From Ranitomeya imitator (taxonomy: Eukaryota), in contig NC_091286.1 of assembly GCF_032444005.1 (NCBI RefSeq), positions 460,598,001 through 460,662,000 of the forward strand: a stretch of 64,000 bases of DNA, given 5' to 3'. A program made the translations under genes and the position numbers. Shown piece by piece: positions 46,748 to 58,901 of the stretch (its first letter is position 1; each line of letters starts with the position of its first letter). Below the pieces are notes generated by a model, which was not told the origin of the DNA, searched no databases, and was given only the letters and a program-made list of their open reading frames with translations.

Positions 46748-49700
46748 TCAACCACACGCACGACCACCGTACGCTCCATCTGCAACAAACTGCCATTTAT
46801 CCATGACCTCTTCATCACCTCGGCCTCACCGAAACCTGGCTCACCCCCTCTGACTCGGCCTCTCCAGCTGCGCTCTCCTATGGCGGATTCCACCTCTCTC
46901 ACACCCCTCGCCCCAGCAACAAACGCGGTGGAGGAGTTGGCTTGCTCCTGTCCGACATCTGCTCCTTCACTCCAATCCCGTTACCACCCTCCGCTAATCT
47001 TCCCTCGTTTGAGGTGCACTCTGTCCGCATCTATTCCCCCTCCAACCTCCAGCTGGCTGTCATCTACCGCCCCCCAGAACTAGCCATCTCCACCTTTCTC
47101 GCCCACTTCACCACCTGGCTACTTCATTTCCTCTCTGTTGACATCCCCACTATCATCATGGGTGATTTCAATGTCCCCATTGACACTTTCACCTCAGCTG
47201 CCTCTAAACTTTTATCACTGACTGCCTCCTTCGGCCTCACTCAATGGTCCTCAGAGGCCACTCACAAAGATGGCCACATGCTGGACCTCATCTTCACCCG
47301 CCTCTGCTCCCTTACTAACCTCACTAACACACCCCTCCCCCTGTCTGACCACAACCTACTGACATTCTCGTCCCTCTCCTCTCCTAGTGTGCAACCCCCA
47401 CTCCACAAACTCACTCACCCTCGCAGAAATCTCAAACATCTCAACTTACAATCACTCTCTGAGTCCCTTCTCCCTCTCACAGACATAGCTACCCTTCATG
47501 ACACAGATGCTGCTGCCACTTTTTATAACACCACAATAACAGCAACACTCGATTCGGCCGCCCCACTCATGCATAGTAAAACTCGTACAATTATCAGGCA
47601 GCCCTGGCTGACCAGCCTGACCAAAGGATTGAGACGGGCTTCCAGGATTGCTGAGCGGAGATGGAAGCGATCCCACTCTGCCGACCACTTCACTGCATAC
47701 AACCAGTCCCTCGCCAGCTTCAAGTCTGCGCTCACTGCCGCAAAACAAACTTACTTCTCATCCCTCATATCCTCCCTGTCCCACAACCCTAAACAGCTTT
47801 TCAACACTTTCAATTCTCTACTCCGTCCCCCCGCACCTCCTCCCTCCCCCCTCATTTCTGCTGATGACTTCGCCTCTTTCTTTAAACAGAAGATCGATAC
47901 GATCAGAGAAAGCTTTGGCCCACAGCGCCCACTACCCCTCTTAGCTGCTCAGCCCTGCTCCTCAAAAACCAGCTTCTCCACCATGACAGAAGATCAGCTC
48001 TCCACCCTCCTGTCGAGATCACACCTCACCACCTGCACGCTTGACCCGCTCCCATCCCACCTCATCCCTAACCTTTCCACGGTCTTCATCCCAACCCTAA
48101 CGCACCTCTTCAACCTCTCACTCACAACAGGTGTCTTTCCCTCATCCTTCAAGCATGCCAAGATCACACCCATCCTCAAAAAGCCCTCCCTCGACTCATC
48201 CTCTGTGTTTAGCTATCGCCCAATATCTCTTCTCCCTTATGCCTCCAAATTGCTGGAGCAACACGTCCATCTTGAACTGTCCTCTCACTTCTCCTCCTGC
48301 TCCCTCTTTGATCGGTTACAATCAGGCTTCCGTTCCCATCACTCAACTGAAACTGCCCTAACTAAAGTCACCAATGACCTACTAACTGCCAGGAGCAAGC
48401 GACACTACTCTGTCCTCCTTCTCCTGGACCTGTCTTCTGCCTTTGACACTGTAGACCACTCCCTTTTGCTACAAATCCTCTCATCCCTTGGCATCACAGA
48501 CTTGGCCCTTTCCTGGATCTCGTCATATCTGACAGACCGAACATTCAGTGTCTCCCTCCCCCACACCACCTCCTCACTTCGCCCCTTGTCAGTCGGTGTT
48601 CCTCAAGGCTCTGTTCTAGGACCCCTACTCTTCTCCATCTACACTTTCGGCCTGGGACAGCTCATAAAATCCCACGGTTTGCAGTACCATCTCTACGCTG
48701 ATGACACGCAGATCTACCTCTCCGGACCTGACTTCTCATCCTTGCTTACCAAAATCCCGCACTGTCTGTCTGCCATTTCAGCCTTCTTTTCTGCTCGCTT
48801 TCTACAACTGAACATGGACAAAACAGAATTCATCATCTTTCCCCCATCTCACTCTACCCCTCCACCAGACCTATCCATCAATGTCAATGGCTGCTCACTA
48901 TCCCCAGTCCCACACGCCCGGTGCCTCGGGGTGATCCTCGACTCTGCCCTCTCTTTCAAGCCACATATCCAAGCCCTTGCCTCCTCCTGTCGTCTCAAAC
49001 TCAAAAATATTTCCCGGATCCGTGCTTTCCTTGACCGCAACACTGCAAAAACGCTATTGCATGCCCTTATCATCTCCCGCCTCGACTACTGCAACCTCCT
49101 ACTCTCTGGACTCCCCTCTAGCACTCTGGCACCACTCCAATCCATCCTACACTCTGCTGCCTGACTAATCCACCTGTCCCCCCGCTATTCCCCAGCCTCT
49201 CCCCTGTGTCAAGCCCTTCACTGGCTTCCTATCGCCCAGAGACTCCAGTTCAAAACCCTCACACTGACATACAAAGCCATCCACAACCTGTCTCCTCCAT
49301 ACATCTGTGACATGGTCTCCCGATACCTACCTACACGCAATCTCCGATCCTCCCAAGACCTCCTTCTCTACTCCCCTCTCATCTCTTCTTCCCATAACCG
49401 CATCCAAGACTTCTCCCGTGCTTCCCCCATACTCTGGAACTCTCTACTCCAACACATCAGACTCGCGCCTACCATAGAAACCTTCAAAAAGAACCTGAAG
49501 ACTCATCTCTTCCGACAAGCCTTCAGCCTGCAGTGATCCTCAACCTACTGAACAGCCGCACAGCCAGCTCTTCCCTCTCCTAGTGTATCCTCACCCACCC
49601 CCTGCAGACTGTGAGCCCTCGCGGGCAGGGTCCTCCCTCCCTATGTACTCGTGTGCCTTGTTATCTGCTCTTGTTTAATGTATTTGTCTATATCTGCCCC

Positions 49701-49770
49701 GTTTTCACATGTAAAGCGCCATGGAATAAATGGCGCTATAAAAATGTATAATAATAATAATAATAATAAA
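46748..49770 (+). mobile_element. L2-clade LINE, near-complete ORF2, inserted in the PLE linker
   Basis: LTETWL, IYRPP, MGDFN, LDLIF and SDH (APE). [10 protein letters not shown] and YADD (RT). The tail is gtaaagcgcc...(AAT)n. Confidence 0.95.
46942..49164 (+). pseudogene. L2 ORF2 main reading frame (premature TGA at 49162; the frame continues to ~49536)
   Basis: 740-aa EN-RT ORF with upstream frameshifts. Confidence 0.9.
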
Positions 49771-49772
49771 AA

Positions 49773-50132
49773 TTCTCAAGTAACATAACTGGTAAATCCT
49801 ACTCCATTCGACACTTCATCAATTGTCGCACAAAAGGTGTTATCTACAAAGCAAATTGTGAGTGCGGCTTGGAGTATGTGGGTAAAACCAAGAGGGAATT
49901 TCGAAAGAGAGTGGGAGAACATCTCCGAGATATTGCGAATGGGAGAGAAACCCCGGTGGCAACCCATATGAATTCATTCCACCAAGGCAACCCAAAAAAA
50001 TCACCTTTGTGGGGATAGACAGAATTCGGCCACCCGTCAGAGGAGGGGATGGGATAAATTGATCCTCCAAAAACAAAGTAGGTGGATTTTTTATCTCAAA
50101 CAGTCCAACCATTGGGACTGAATGAATTGTAA
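49773..50132 (+). pseudogene. PLE GIY-YIG endonuclease domain (not in the ORF track)
   Basis: Hand translation gives FSSNITGKSYSIRHFINCRTKGVIYKANCECGLEYVGKTKREFRKRVGEHLRDI...RGGD...WIF...GLNEL*, with frameshifts. Confidence 0.88.
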
Positions 50133-51244
50133 CCTTATAGTTGCTTTCTCTAGACAGGTCTACCTCTCACCACACACAAATCACCACCCCCCTCCCATCC
50201 CTCAGCATTACTATCATATGTTTCCCCTCAACATTATAGGGATAACTCAGGGAGGGACAGCCACCGACGAGTGGGGTCCCCAAGGCGTAAGGTTTTTAGG
50301 GTGCCAACCCCCGCGTTAGGCAGGTTTTACAGAGATTATAGAATATCTTAGGCACATTTTATCCAACTTACCCCTCATTAATAGGAACTATACTAATGGG
50401 GTTTAACCCCTCATGTGTCAGAAATGTCGTGTTCTCTCTCCTATCTGTCCTAATATAGGGATCGCAGGGACAGGTAAATAGGGACAGCCGCCGTTGAGTG
50501 GGGGTGCCATATGTGCAGGGCTCTCTTGAGGGTGCCAACCTCCGCGTCAGGTAGGGTTCAGGAGTGTAGTCGTGTTCGAAAGGGTGCAACAGGGAGCCTT
50601 CTTTCATCTCTTTTTTATGTGTTACACCCATAGGTTGGTGGTGTCCAGTATCTTATATAAATTATTTCCTATGAGTATCTTCTGTTTCGGCATGCCTATA
50701 TCATTATGGGCTTTAATATACTCCTCCTTGTTCCCCGTTATTCCGTCACATTTGGGGATATTATAACAATTCTGCCATTTCACATTTGGCCTCAGCGGAC
50801 TAGACTGTCGTTGTCCACAATAATAGCCAGAGAAACACTGTACCATATCGGTGGGGGGATAGGACCAGTTCTGAAAACAATCGGTCCATCCGTTTAAGCA
50901 CCGTGCTCCACATATATGCCCATTATATACATTTGCGCATTACCAGTGGGGCACTTAGTGCATTTGTTATAGACCCCATGAGGGTCTCAGTCTGATGATA
51001 TGCAGGTATGGAGCGGACATTAGGTTTGAGCCGGGCGGCGCATGACAGTGGAGTGGAGCGCTTGCGTTCCATCTCCAGGTTACTCAGCGTTCCACAGCCC
51101 GCACGATTGCTCCCATATCCTGGAAACACTTCGCGTAGCACAGGAGATGCGTCACACGCTGGGGGCGAAGCCTCAAAGACGCGCCCCCGTGCTGAGTGCT
51201 TTTAAATCACAGACGGGGCAAGATCTGTAAAGTGGCAGTCTTCA

Positions 51245-51284
51245 CTCCCCTGATGAGTCCCAACAGAACGAAACGCGTCGGGAG
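51245..51284 (+). ncRNA. Minimal type I hammerhead ribozyme (PLE-type)
   Basis: ctccc-CTGATGA-gtcc(caaca)gaac-GAAA-C-GC-GTC-gggag. The core is intact, stem I has 5 bp, and helix III is the palindrome ACGCGT. Confidence 0.8.
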
Positions 51285-52308
51285 ACGCCACCAATGAATG
51301 AGAGGCGTGCTCATCCTTTGAGAGACACGTTAACTCTCTCCAACTGTGGGTGAGATCTAAACAGTTCTTTATGAGTACACATGTTGCAAAGCTTGCACAT
51401 ATTGGTGCCCGAAGGTAACGGGGCCTTAAAACAAAAGGATGATGACCGCACTAATGTGACTAATGGGGACGCTCATGATATAGGTGCATGAGGCAGCTTG
51501 GTCCAAGAATGAGCACATTACAGTGACATGTTGATTGGTCATATATCATTTGCATAGCCTCTCCTTTGCTGCTATAGATTTCTGACAGTATCCACTGTAA
51601 GGCCATGGTGTATATAGTAATTGTGGTACATTTTATATTTTCCTAGGACCGAGCATGTTCAATTTAGGTCTGCAGGATGCAGACAACAAGGGACAATTGA
51701 GTCAAGAGATTTATATTTATGACTATTGTCATGGTGTATTAGTTACAGTGCTATATGTGTGTAATGAACAAAGGAGAAAGGTGACATAGTAGGGTGGATG
51801 ACTGTGGCAAAACACCCACTATATACCATCATTGTCATGATTCAACGCACATCTTTATGGTCAGTTGGAATATAGGCACTACATACTATAGGTTTGTGCA
51901 CGGCCTACAGTATATGTAATATTGGGCGTGCTTTATATAGACAGCACGAGCTAAGTTGTATGAATCACGGCCATAAGACATTTGATGGCAAAGTGATCCT
52001 ATAGTACTGTCAGAGTTATTTGTTTAATATACCCCTTTCTTCCCTATTCTGTGTTTGTCAGGGTTCACTAAAGCACTAGGGTTTTTCTTCCCCAGGTCCC
52101 TTTATGTTTGTTATGTCATTTGGTGTAAATATTTTTTACATATATACCTAATAAAGGTTAAGTGTTATCCAATAGCTATTTACTGCCCATGTAACCAAGC
52201 AGTTCCAGCCAGCATCCTTTATTCAGACTCCAACCAAAGCAAAGTGGACCTCCTGAAACACTGGGTGGTACTGAAAGAGGTACCCCAGATTGGTAGACCC
52301 CGTTACAC

Positions 52309-52317
52309 TGGTGGCAG
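52309..52317 (+). promoter_or_regulatory. tRNA primer-binding site (partial match to a tRNA-Leu 3' end)
   Basis: TGGTGGCAG lies 1 nt after the 5' LTR. It is repeated at 61651. Confidence 0.6.
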
Positions 52318-52359
52318 ACAGCGGGATGTGATACCCCTTCTACAGGAGGAAAGGAATGA

Positions 52360-55300
52360 ATGGAAAACAACTATCAGAAGTTAAAGAGGACTACATTAAA
52401 AGATCTGGTGGAAGCCCGAGGGTTAATCGCCAGCAACAAAACAAAAGCGAATTTGATAGCAGCCATCATGGAACACGACAGTGCAGCGCCCCCCAATGTG
52501 AACGTGGAGGAGACTGAATTCCAGAGGGAGTTAAAGAACAGACTGGCGTTCTATGGCCCAAACCCTGCAGTAGAGATCATACGAGAGGTGATGGCTGATG
52601 TGCGTACTGATTTGAAAGAAAAGATGGCCGAGCGGACCAGGATAGAGCTAGCCAAGATGGAGATGGCAGAGCGGACCAAAGTGGAGCTCGCCAAGATGGA
52701 AATGGCAGAGCAGAGAGAGGAGAGTCAGCGAGCAGGGGGAGCTCTGGCCTCCGACCAGGTACCTTCAACAGTAAGCCACAAAAAGATCCAGTATAATGCC
52801 TTCCGACAGTTGGGGGAGGCAGAGGAAGACATTGATGGCTTTCTGCAGGACTTTGAGCGGCAGTGTGCCCTTCATTAAGTGAAGCCGGAGGAACGGGTTC
52901 AGATTCTGGCCAGCAAGCTGACAGGCTGGGCAGCGGACGCCTATCACACGGTACCAGATGAGGACTGTATGGACTATGAGCGGATCAAAGAAGTGATCTT
53001 GGCCCAATATGCGCTGACACCAGAGGCATACTGTCAAAAGTTCCACGGACTTATAAAACGAGTAACTTATTCCCACACTGAATGGGCCTGTAAATTACGG
53101 CGGTCATTGCTACAGTGGGTACAAGGGAGCCAAGCAACCACTAAGGAGGACGTTCTCCAGCTGGTCTTGTTAGAACGATTCTTTAATGGACTAACCTCCG
53201 AGACACAGGAATGGCTTCGGGACAGGCGGCCAACGACTCTTGAGGAAGTCGCTCGTCTGGCCGATGAACATCATGATGCCAGGAGGCCTCAGTTGTCTGG
53301 ATCAAAGATGGTCACTAGGGGTCCGCCCATGGACCTGGAGGGGCCCAAACCACCGAAGATTGTAGGGGAACCAGCTTGAAATCCAGCCTACCACAGTTCC
53401 CCTGGGGCGCGTTGCCACACCTGCAATCAGCTGGGCCACCTGCAAAGACAATGTCCCAACTGGACTCAGCATACCCAGTGGCCAAAGGCAGGAACAGCTA
53501 CCTTCAGCCGGGCCGCTGTACACTGCTACCAAGGCGAAGCTGACCCGGCATTGGGGGCTACGACTAACCAAGGGGTGGAAGAGATGGAGGAAGTGCTGCA
53601 TGAAGTAGACCCTGTGCAGGCAGCTCGGGCAGATAATCGACAACAGCATCGACAGTTCGTGTGGGTTAATGGGAAACATATGCAGGGACTAAGAGATTCA
53701 GGGGCAACTTTGACCCTTGTGAAGCCTCATCTTGTCCGGGACCAAGAGAATACGGACCGGACAGTGGCAGTCTGTGTAGCAGGGGGAGCCATACATCGAC
53801 TGCCCACTGCCAGGATTCACCTGAACTGGGGAGTCGGGGATGGCCTTCTTGAGGTCGGCTTGATGGAGGAGTTGCCTGCAGACGTCTTACTGGGAAATGA
53901 CTTGGGGCCCATCTTGTCTGCCTTCTTGGTTGGATCCTTCATTGGAGGGATATCGTGGGAAGGCACAGGAGGGGAGAGGGGTACTGGAAGGGGAACAGTT
54001 TATATGGAAGCAGGGACTCCTCTACCGGATCACGGAGCATCACCACACAGGGACGAGCCTCACTACAAAATGACAGCTGGTAGTTCCCAAGAAGTATAGG
54101 CAAGAGTTACTGCAAATCTCTCATGACATACACTTGGCCGGGCACTTCGGCGTCAGTCGCACCAGGCATCGTCTGACACAAAACTTCTTTAGGCCGGGGG
54201 TAACCTATGATGTTCGTCAGTACTGCCAAACCTGTGACAGTTGCCAGCGCATTGGCAAGAGGGAAGATCGATGCAAGGCCAAATTACGCCCCCTCCCCAT
54301 TGTGGAGGAACCATTTAGCCGAGTCGATCTGATAGGGCCGTTAGCCAAACCCAGTCTATCAGAGAAAAGGTATGTATTGACAGTGGTAGATTATGCCAAA
54401 CGGTATCCAGAGGCGGTTGCGTTACCTAACATACTGGCAGAGACGGTGGCGGCTGCCCTGCTCCAGGTTTTCTCATGGGTTGGATTTACCCGGGAGATTA
54501 TCTCGGACCAGGGTACCCAGTTTATAGCAAAGGTAACCAACCAACTGTGGAAGCTGTGTGGCGTAAAGTCCATTAGAAGCGTCCCATACCACCCACAAAC
54601 CAGTGGGTTGTGTGAATGCTTTAACGTGACGTTAAAACAACTCATTGGGACTTTTACCAGGACCTACCGGGACTGGGAGAAATTCTTGCCTCACCTCTTG
54701 TTTGCCTATCCAGAGGTGCCCCACGAATCCACGGGGTTCTCCCCGTTCGAACTGGTATATGAGAGGAGGGTAAGGAGACCCCTAGACTTAGTGCTAGAAC
54801 ACTGGGAAGGGGAGGGCATCATAGAAGGGGTACCTATTGTACCCTATGTGCTGGAATTCCGGGACCACCTACGGGAGCTGACCCAGGCTGTACGTGGGAA
54901 TATGCAGGTGGCCCAGCGGCGCCAGCGTGTATGGTACGATCGGAGGGCAAGAGAGCGCATCTTGGAAATAGGACAGAAGGTCCTGGTGTTAGAGCCCACT
55001 AGGCAGAACAAGTTCCAAGCTGCATGGCAGGGGCCCTACCAGGTAGTGGGGAAAATAGCCGACACCACTTATAATGTCGCCGATTGTGACGACCCCAAGG
55101 TTATCCGCATGTTCCACATCAATATGCTGAAGCCCTACCGGGAGCGACCTGAAGAGGTAGTGGCCATCTGTGCACCTGAAGCAGAGGATTTAGCCGGACT
55201 TCCCTTGCCTAATGTCTTTGGGGAAAGGATGCAGTCTAAAACATGGGACCAGGTACACTTGGGTGAAGACCTAGGCCCTCGGGATAGACAGCAGGTGGAG

Positions 55301-56670
55301 GAGTTGTTGAGGCAGCGACAGAGGATGTTTTTGGGGAGACCAGGGTACACTTGCCTGGCACAACACAAGGTTGAGACCCAGGATCAGACTTCCCTGTGAC
55401 AACCCCCCTTCCCGCGTCCCTGAGTCTGTACGAGAAGGGATGCGACAAGAGATACAAGAGATGTTGCGTTTAGGGGTCATTGAAGAGTCAGATAGTCCCT
55501 GGGCATCCCTCGTAGTGTTTGTGCCCAAGAAGGATGGGACTATATGGTTTTGTGTAGACTATCGTAAGCTCAATGAGAAAACAGTGACGGATATGTATCC
55601 CATGCCGCGTGTGGATGAGTTGTTAGACCGGCTGGCGGGGGCAAAGTATTTGACCACCATCGATCTATGCAAAGGCTACTGGCAGATTCCCCTTAGTCCT
55701 GACGCTATTCCCAAGTCAGCATTTGTCTCCCCGTTCGGCTTATTCCAGTTTCGAGTTATGCCATTCGGGATGAAGAATGCCCCGGCGACCTTCCAGAGGC
55801 TGGCTGACCGGCTTCTGGATGGTCTCCAGGACTATGCTTGTGCCTACCTGGACATCGCCATCGCCATCTACAGCGCGACATGGGAAGAGCATATAAATCA
55901 CATAGAGACAGTATTGGACAGGATCCACAAGGCCAGAATCACCCTGAACCCAAACAAGTGTCACATGGGCAAAACAGAGGTTCAGTATGTAGGGCATTGG
56001 GTGGGAAGTGGGAAACAGAGACCAGAACCAGCCAAGATTGAGGCCATAGCCAAATGGCCCACCCCACGCACTAAAACCCAGGTCATGGCGTTTCTAGGGA
56101 CAGCGGGGTATTACAGGAAATTCGTTCCCAATTACAGCAGCGTAGCCAAGCCCCTCACTGATCTGACCCGTAAGAACCAACCCCGCCAGGTAACCTGGAC
56201 CCCAGAGTGTGAGGAAGCCTTCTGCCAGCTAAAGGACACCATCACCAATACCCCTGTGTTGGCCGCACCCGATCCAACTAAACGTTTCCTTGTTCACACC
56301 AATGCTTGCATGTTTGGATTGGGGGCAGTACTGATCCAAGTCGGGCCGGACGGCCAAGAACACTCGGTAGCTTACCTGAGTCGGAAACTACTGCCCCGTG
56401 AAGTAAGCTATGCGGCCATCGAGAAGGAGTGCCTGGAGGTAGTATGGGCACTCAAAAAGTTGCAACCATATTTGTATGGACGACAGTTTTCCCTCCTAAC
56501 GGACCATAATTCCCTAGTCTGGCTTAATCGGGTCTCCGGAGACAACGCCAGATTACTGCGGTGAAGTTTAGCCCTACAACCTCTGGACTTCACGATTCAA
56601 TACAGACCTGGCAAACAAAATGGTAATGCCGATGGACTAAGTCGACAAACAGAACTTGTACCAACCCCAT
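52360..56670 (+). pseudogene. Gmr1-type gag-pol, order Gag(SCAN-like, CCHC)-PR-IN-RT-RH, with stops, frameshifts and a deletion
   Basis: PR LRDSGAT. IN in ORF 54134-55399 (GHFG..CDSC, ISDQG) precedes RT/RH in ORF 55371-56564 (MPFG, YAAIEKECL). Confidence 0.93.
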
Positions 56671-56988
56671 AAACTTCGGACATCCCCAAACCGATCCGTT
56701 AAGGATCAGACTGTGTATGCAGATTGCGTCGCTGAATAGGGGAGCCGTGTTACGTGTTATGGAACCCCACAGCACCCAGAATATATTGAGTTCCATGTGA
56801 GATGCATCAGCCCACAGGCTGCGCTCCTGGGCAGAGGGGACAAGATATCCCCCTTCTGTCCTCCCCCCACCTTTGTAATTCCCACAGTAAATATCAGCAG
56901 GCTCCGGCCCCCTGCGGCTATTGTAATGTATGTCTAGCCTTCTGCTTTTCTATTGGTCTGCCCTCTGTATCTGTGTGATATATTCTGT

Positions 56989-57382
56989 CCACCAGCATCT
57001 CTCCAGGACCGTGCAGCAAGGCGCGGGATGCGCCGCTGACCCCATACAGGATTTCCTACAGGCCCATTGGATATACCACGGCCCCTCCTGTACCTAGTCT
57101 TTCCTCCCTGGGACAGCAGCCTCTACTGGTTTTACCGACAGGTCATGTCTTATGCTTAAGGGTTCGCTTGCTTTTCCCACACTACTGCCACCTATATGCG
57201 TTTATCTCAAAGGACTCGAGTAAACCCCATGAATAAGACCCGGGAGGGTCGAAACGTTGGGTTCATTGTCTACCTCTACATATGTGGCTATTACCATTTT
57301 TTGTATTATTGTTCTGAATAAAATTGGCATAGACCTATTTCAGCACTATATCAGTATCAAGTGTGCGGTAATTTTCTCTACT
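56989..57382 (+). mobile_element. PLE-like 3' remnant inside the 3' LTR, with a decayed hammerhead (57223-57263)
   Basis: It replaces GTTCTGTG of the LTR, just before AATAAA. The motif is aaccc-catgaataa-gaccc(ggga)gggtc-GAAA-CGTT-gggtt. Confidence 0.65.
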
Positions 57383-58043
57383 AATAAAGTGTTGTCAGAC
57401 TGGAAAAACGTGGAGAAGCAGTGAGATTTTTTATGCGCCCATGTAACCAAGCAGTTCCAGCCAGCGTCCTTCATTCAGACTCCAGCCAGAGCAAAGTGGA
57501 CCTCCTGAAACACGGGGTGGTACTGAAAGAGGTACCCCAGATTGGTAGACCCCGTTACACCATGCATAACGCCTTTTTGTATGACCAAGCAACTCAATCT
57601 TGGTTTCATCAGTCCACAGGACCTTCTTCCAAAAAGAATTTGGCTTCTCCAAATGTGCTTTTGCATACGTCAGCCGACTCTGTTTGTGCCATGCTTGCAG
57701 AAACGGCTTCTTTCGCATCACTCTCCCATACAGCTTCTCCTTGTGCAAAGTACGTTGTATAGTTGACCGATGCACAGTGACACCATCTGCAGCAAGTTGA
57801 TGCTGCAGCTCTCTGGAGGTCGTCTGAGGATTGTCCTTGACCGATCTCACCATTCTTTTTATAAAAATTGTTTTATTTTGCAACAGCTATTTCAGTTTCA
57901 TATATCTAATAACTGTTGGACACATCATCTTCTTCATTTCTGCCTTGAAATGAAGTTTACTGTACTAACAGAAAATGTGCAATCTGCATTCAAACAAAAT
58001 TTGACAGGTGCATAAGTATGGGCACCCCACCAGAAAAGTAACA

Positions 58044-58564
58044 TTAATATTTAGTAGATCCTCCTTTTGCAAAAATAACAGCCTCCAGTCGCTTCCTGTA
58101 GCTTTTAATGAGTTCCTGGATCCTGGATGAAGGTATTTTTGACCATTCCTCTTTACAAAACAATTCCAGTTCAGTGTAGTTTGATGGTCGCCGAGCATGG
58201 AGAGCCCTCTTCAAATGATCCCACAGATGTTCAATGATATTCAGGTTTGGGGACTGGGATGGCCATTCCAGAACAGTGTAATTGTCCCTCTGCATGAATG
58301 CCTGAGTAGATTTGGAGCGGTGTTTTGGATCATTGTCTTGCTGAAAGCTCCATCCCCTGCATAACTTCAACTTTGTCACTGATTCATGAACATTATTGTC
58401 AAGAATCTGCTGATACTGAGAGGAATCCATGTGTCCCTCAACTTTAACAAGATTCCCGGTGCCGGCACTGGCCACACAGCCCCAAAGCATGATGGAACCT
58501 CCACCAAATTTTACTGTGGGTAGCAAGTGTTTTTCTTGGAATGCTGTGTTTTTTGGCCACCATG
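58044..58564 (-). pseudogene. Tc1 E transposase C-terminal half (duplicate copy)
   Basis: QQDNDPKH and NIIEHLW. It is cut by the LTR at 58565. Confidence 0.9.
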
Positions 58565-58901
58565 TGTTACGTGTTACGGAACCCCACAGCACCAAGAATA
58601 TGTTGAGTTATATGTATGTATAATAGGTTCCATGTGAGATGCATCAGCCCACAGGTTGCGCCCCTGGGCAGAGGGAACAAAATATCCCCCTTCTCTCCAC
58701 CCCCCACCTTTGTAATTCCCACAGTAAATATCGGCAGGCTCCGGCCCCCTGCAGCTATTGTAATGTATGTCTGGCCTGCTGCTTTTCTATTGGTCTGCCC
58801 TCTGTATCTGTGTGATATATTCTGTGTTCTGTGAATAAAGTGTTGTCAGACTGGAAATACGTGGAGAAGCAGTGAGATTTTATATGCGCCCATGTAACCA
58901 A

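Larger units (their letters stand above)
45686..52184 (+). mobile_element. 5'-truncated Penelope-like element (probably Neptune-type) in the Gypsy 5' LTR
   Basis: RT motifs GTAMGS and RYIDD, Cys linker CFKCGSC, and a GIY-YIG domain. The 14-bp TSD is GCCCATGTAACCAA (45672 and 52185), with the empty site visible in the 3' LTR at ~57437. Confidence 0.92.
45349..57559 (+). mobile_element. Gmr1-type Gypsy LTR retrotransposon (decayed; both LTRs interrupted)
   Basis: TGTTACG...CGTTACA with TSD CCATG. 5' LTR 45349-52307, 3' LTR 56748-57559, PBS TGGTGGCAG at 52309, PPT gaataggggag. Confidence 0.95.
44599..57856 (-). mobile_element. Tc1/mariner transposon E, split by the Gmr1-type Gypsy and truncated at the duplication junction
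   Basis: TA|CAGTTATATGAAAAAGTTTGGGCACCCC. The transposase C-terminus is at 44830-45348, and it resumes at 57565-57856 (WTDETKIE) after TSD CCATG. Confidence 0.9.
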
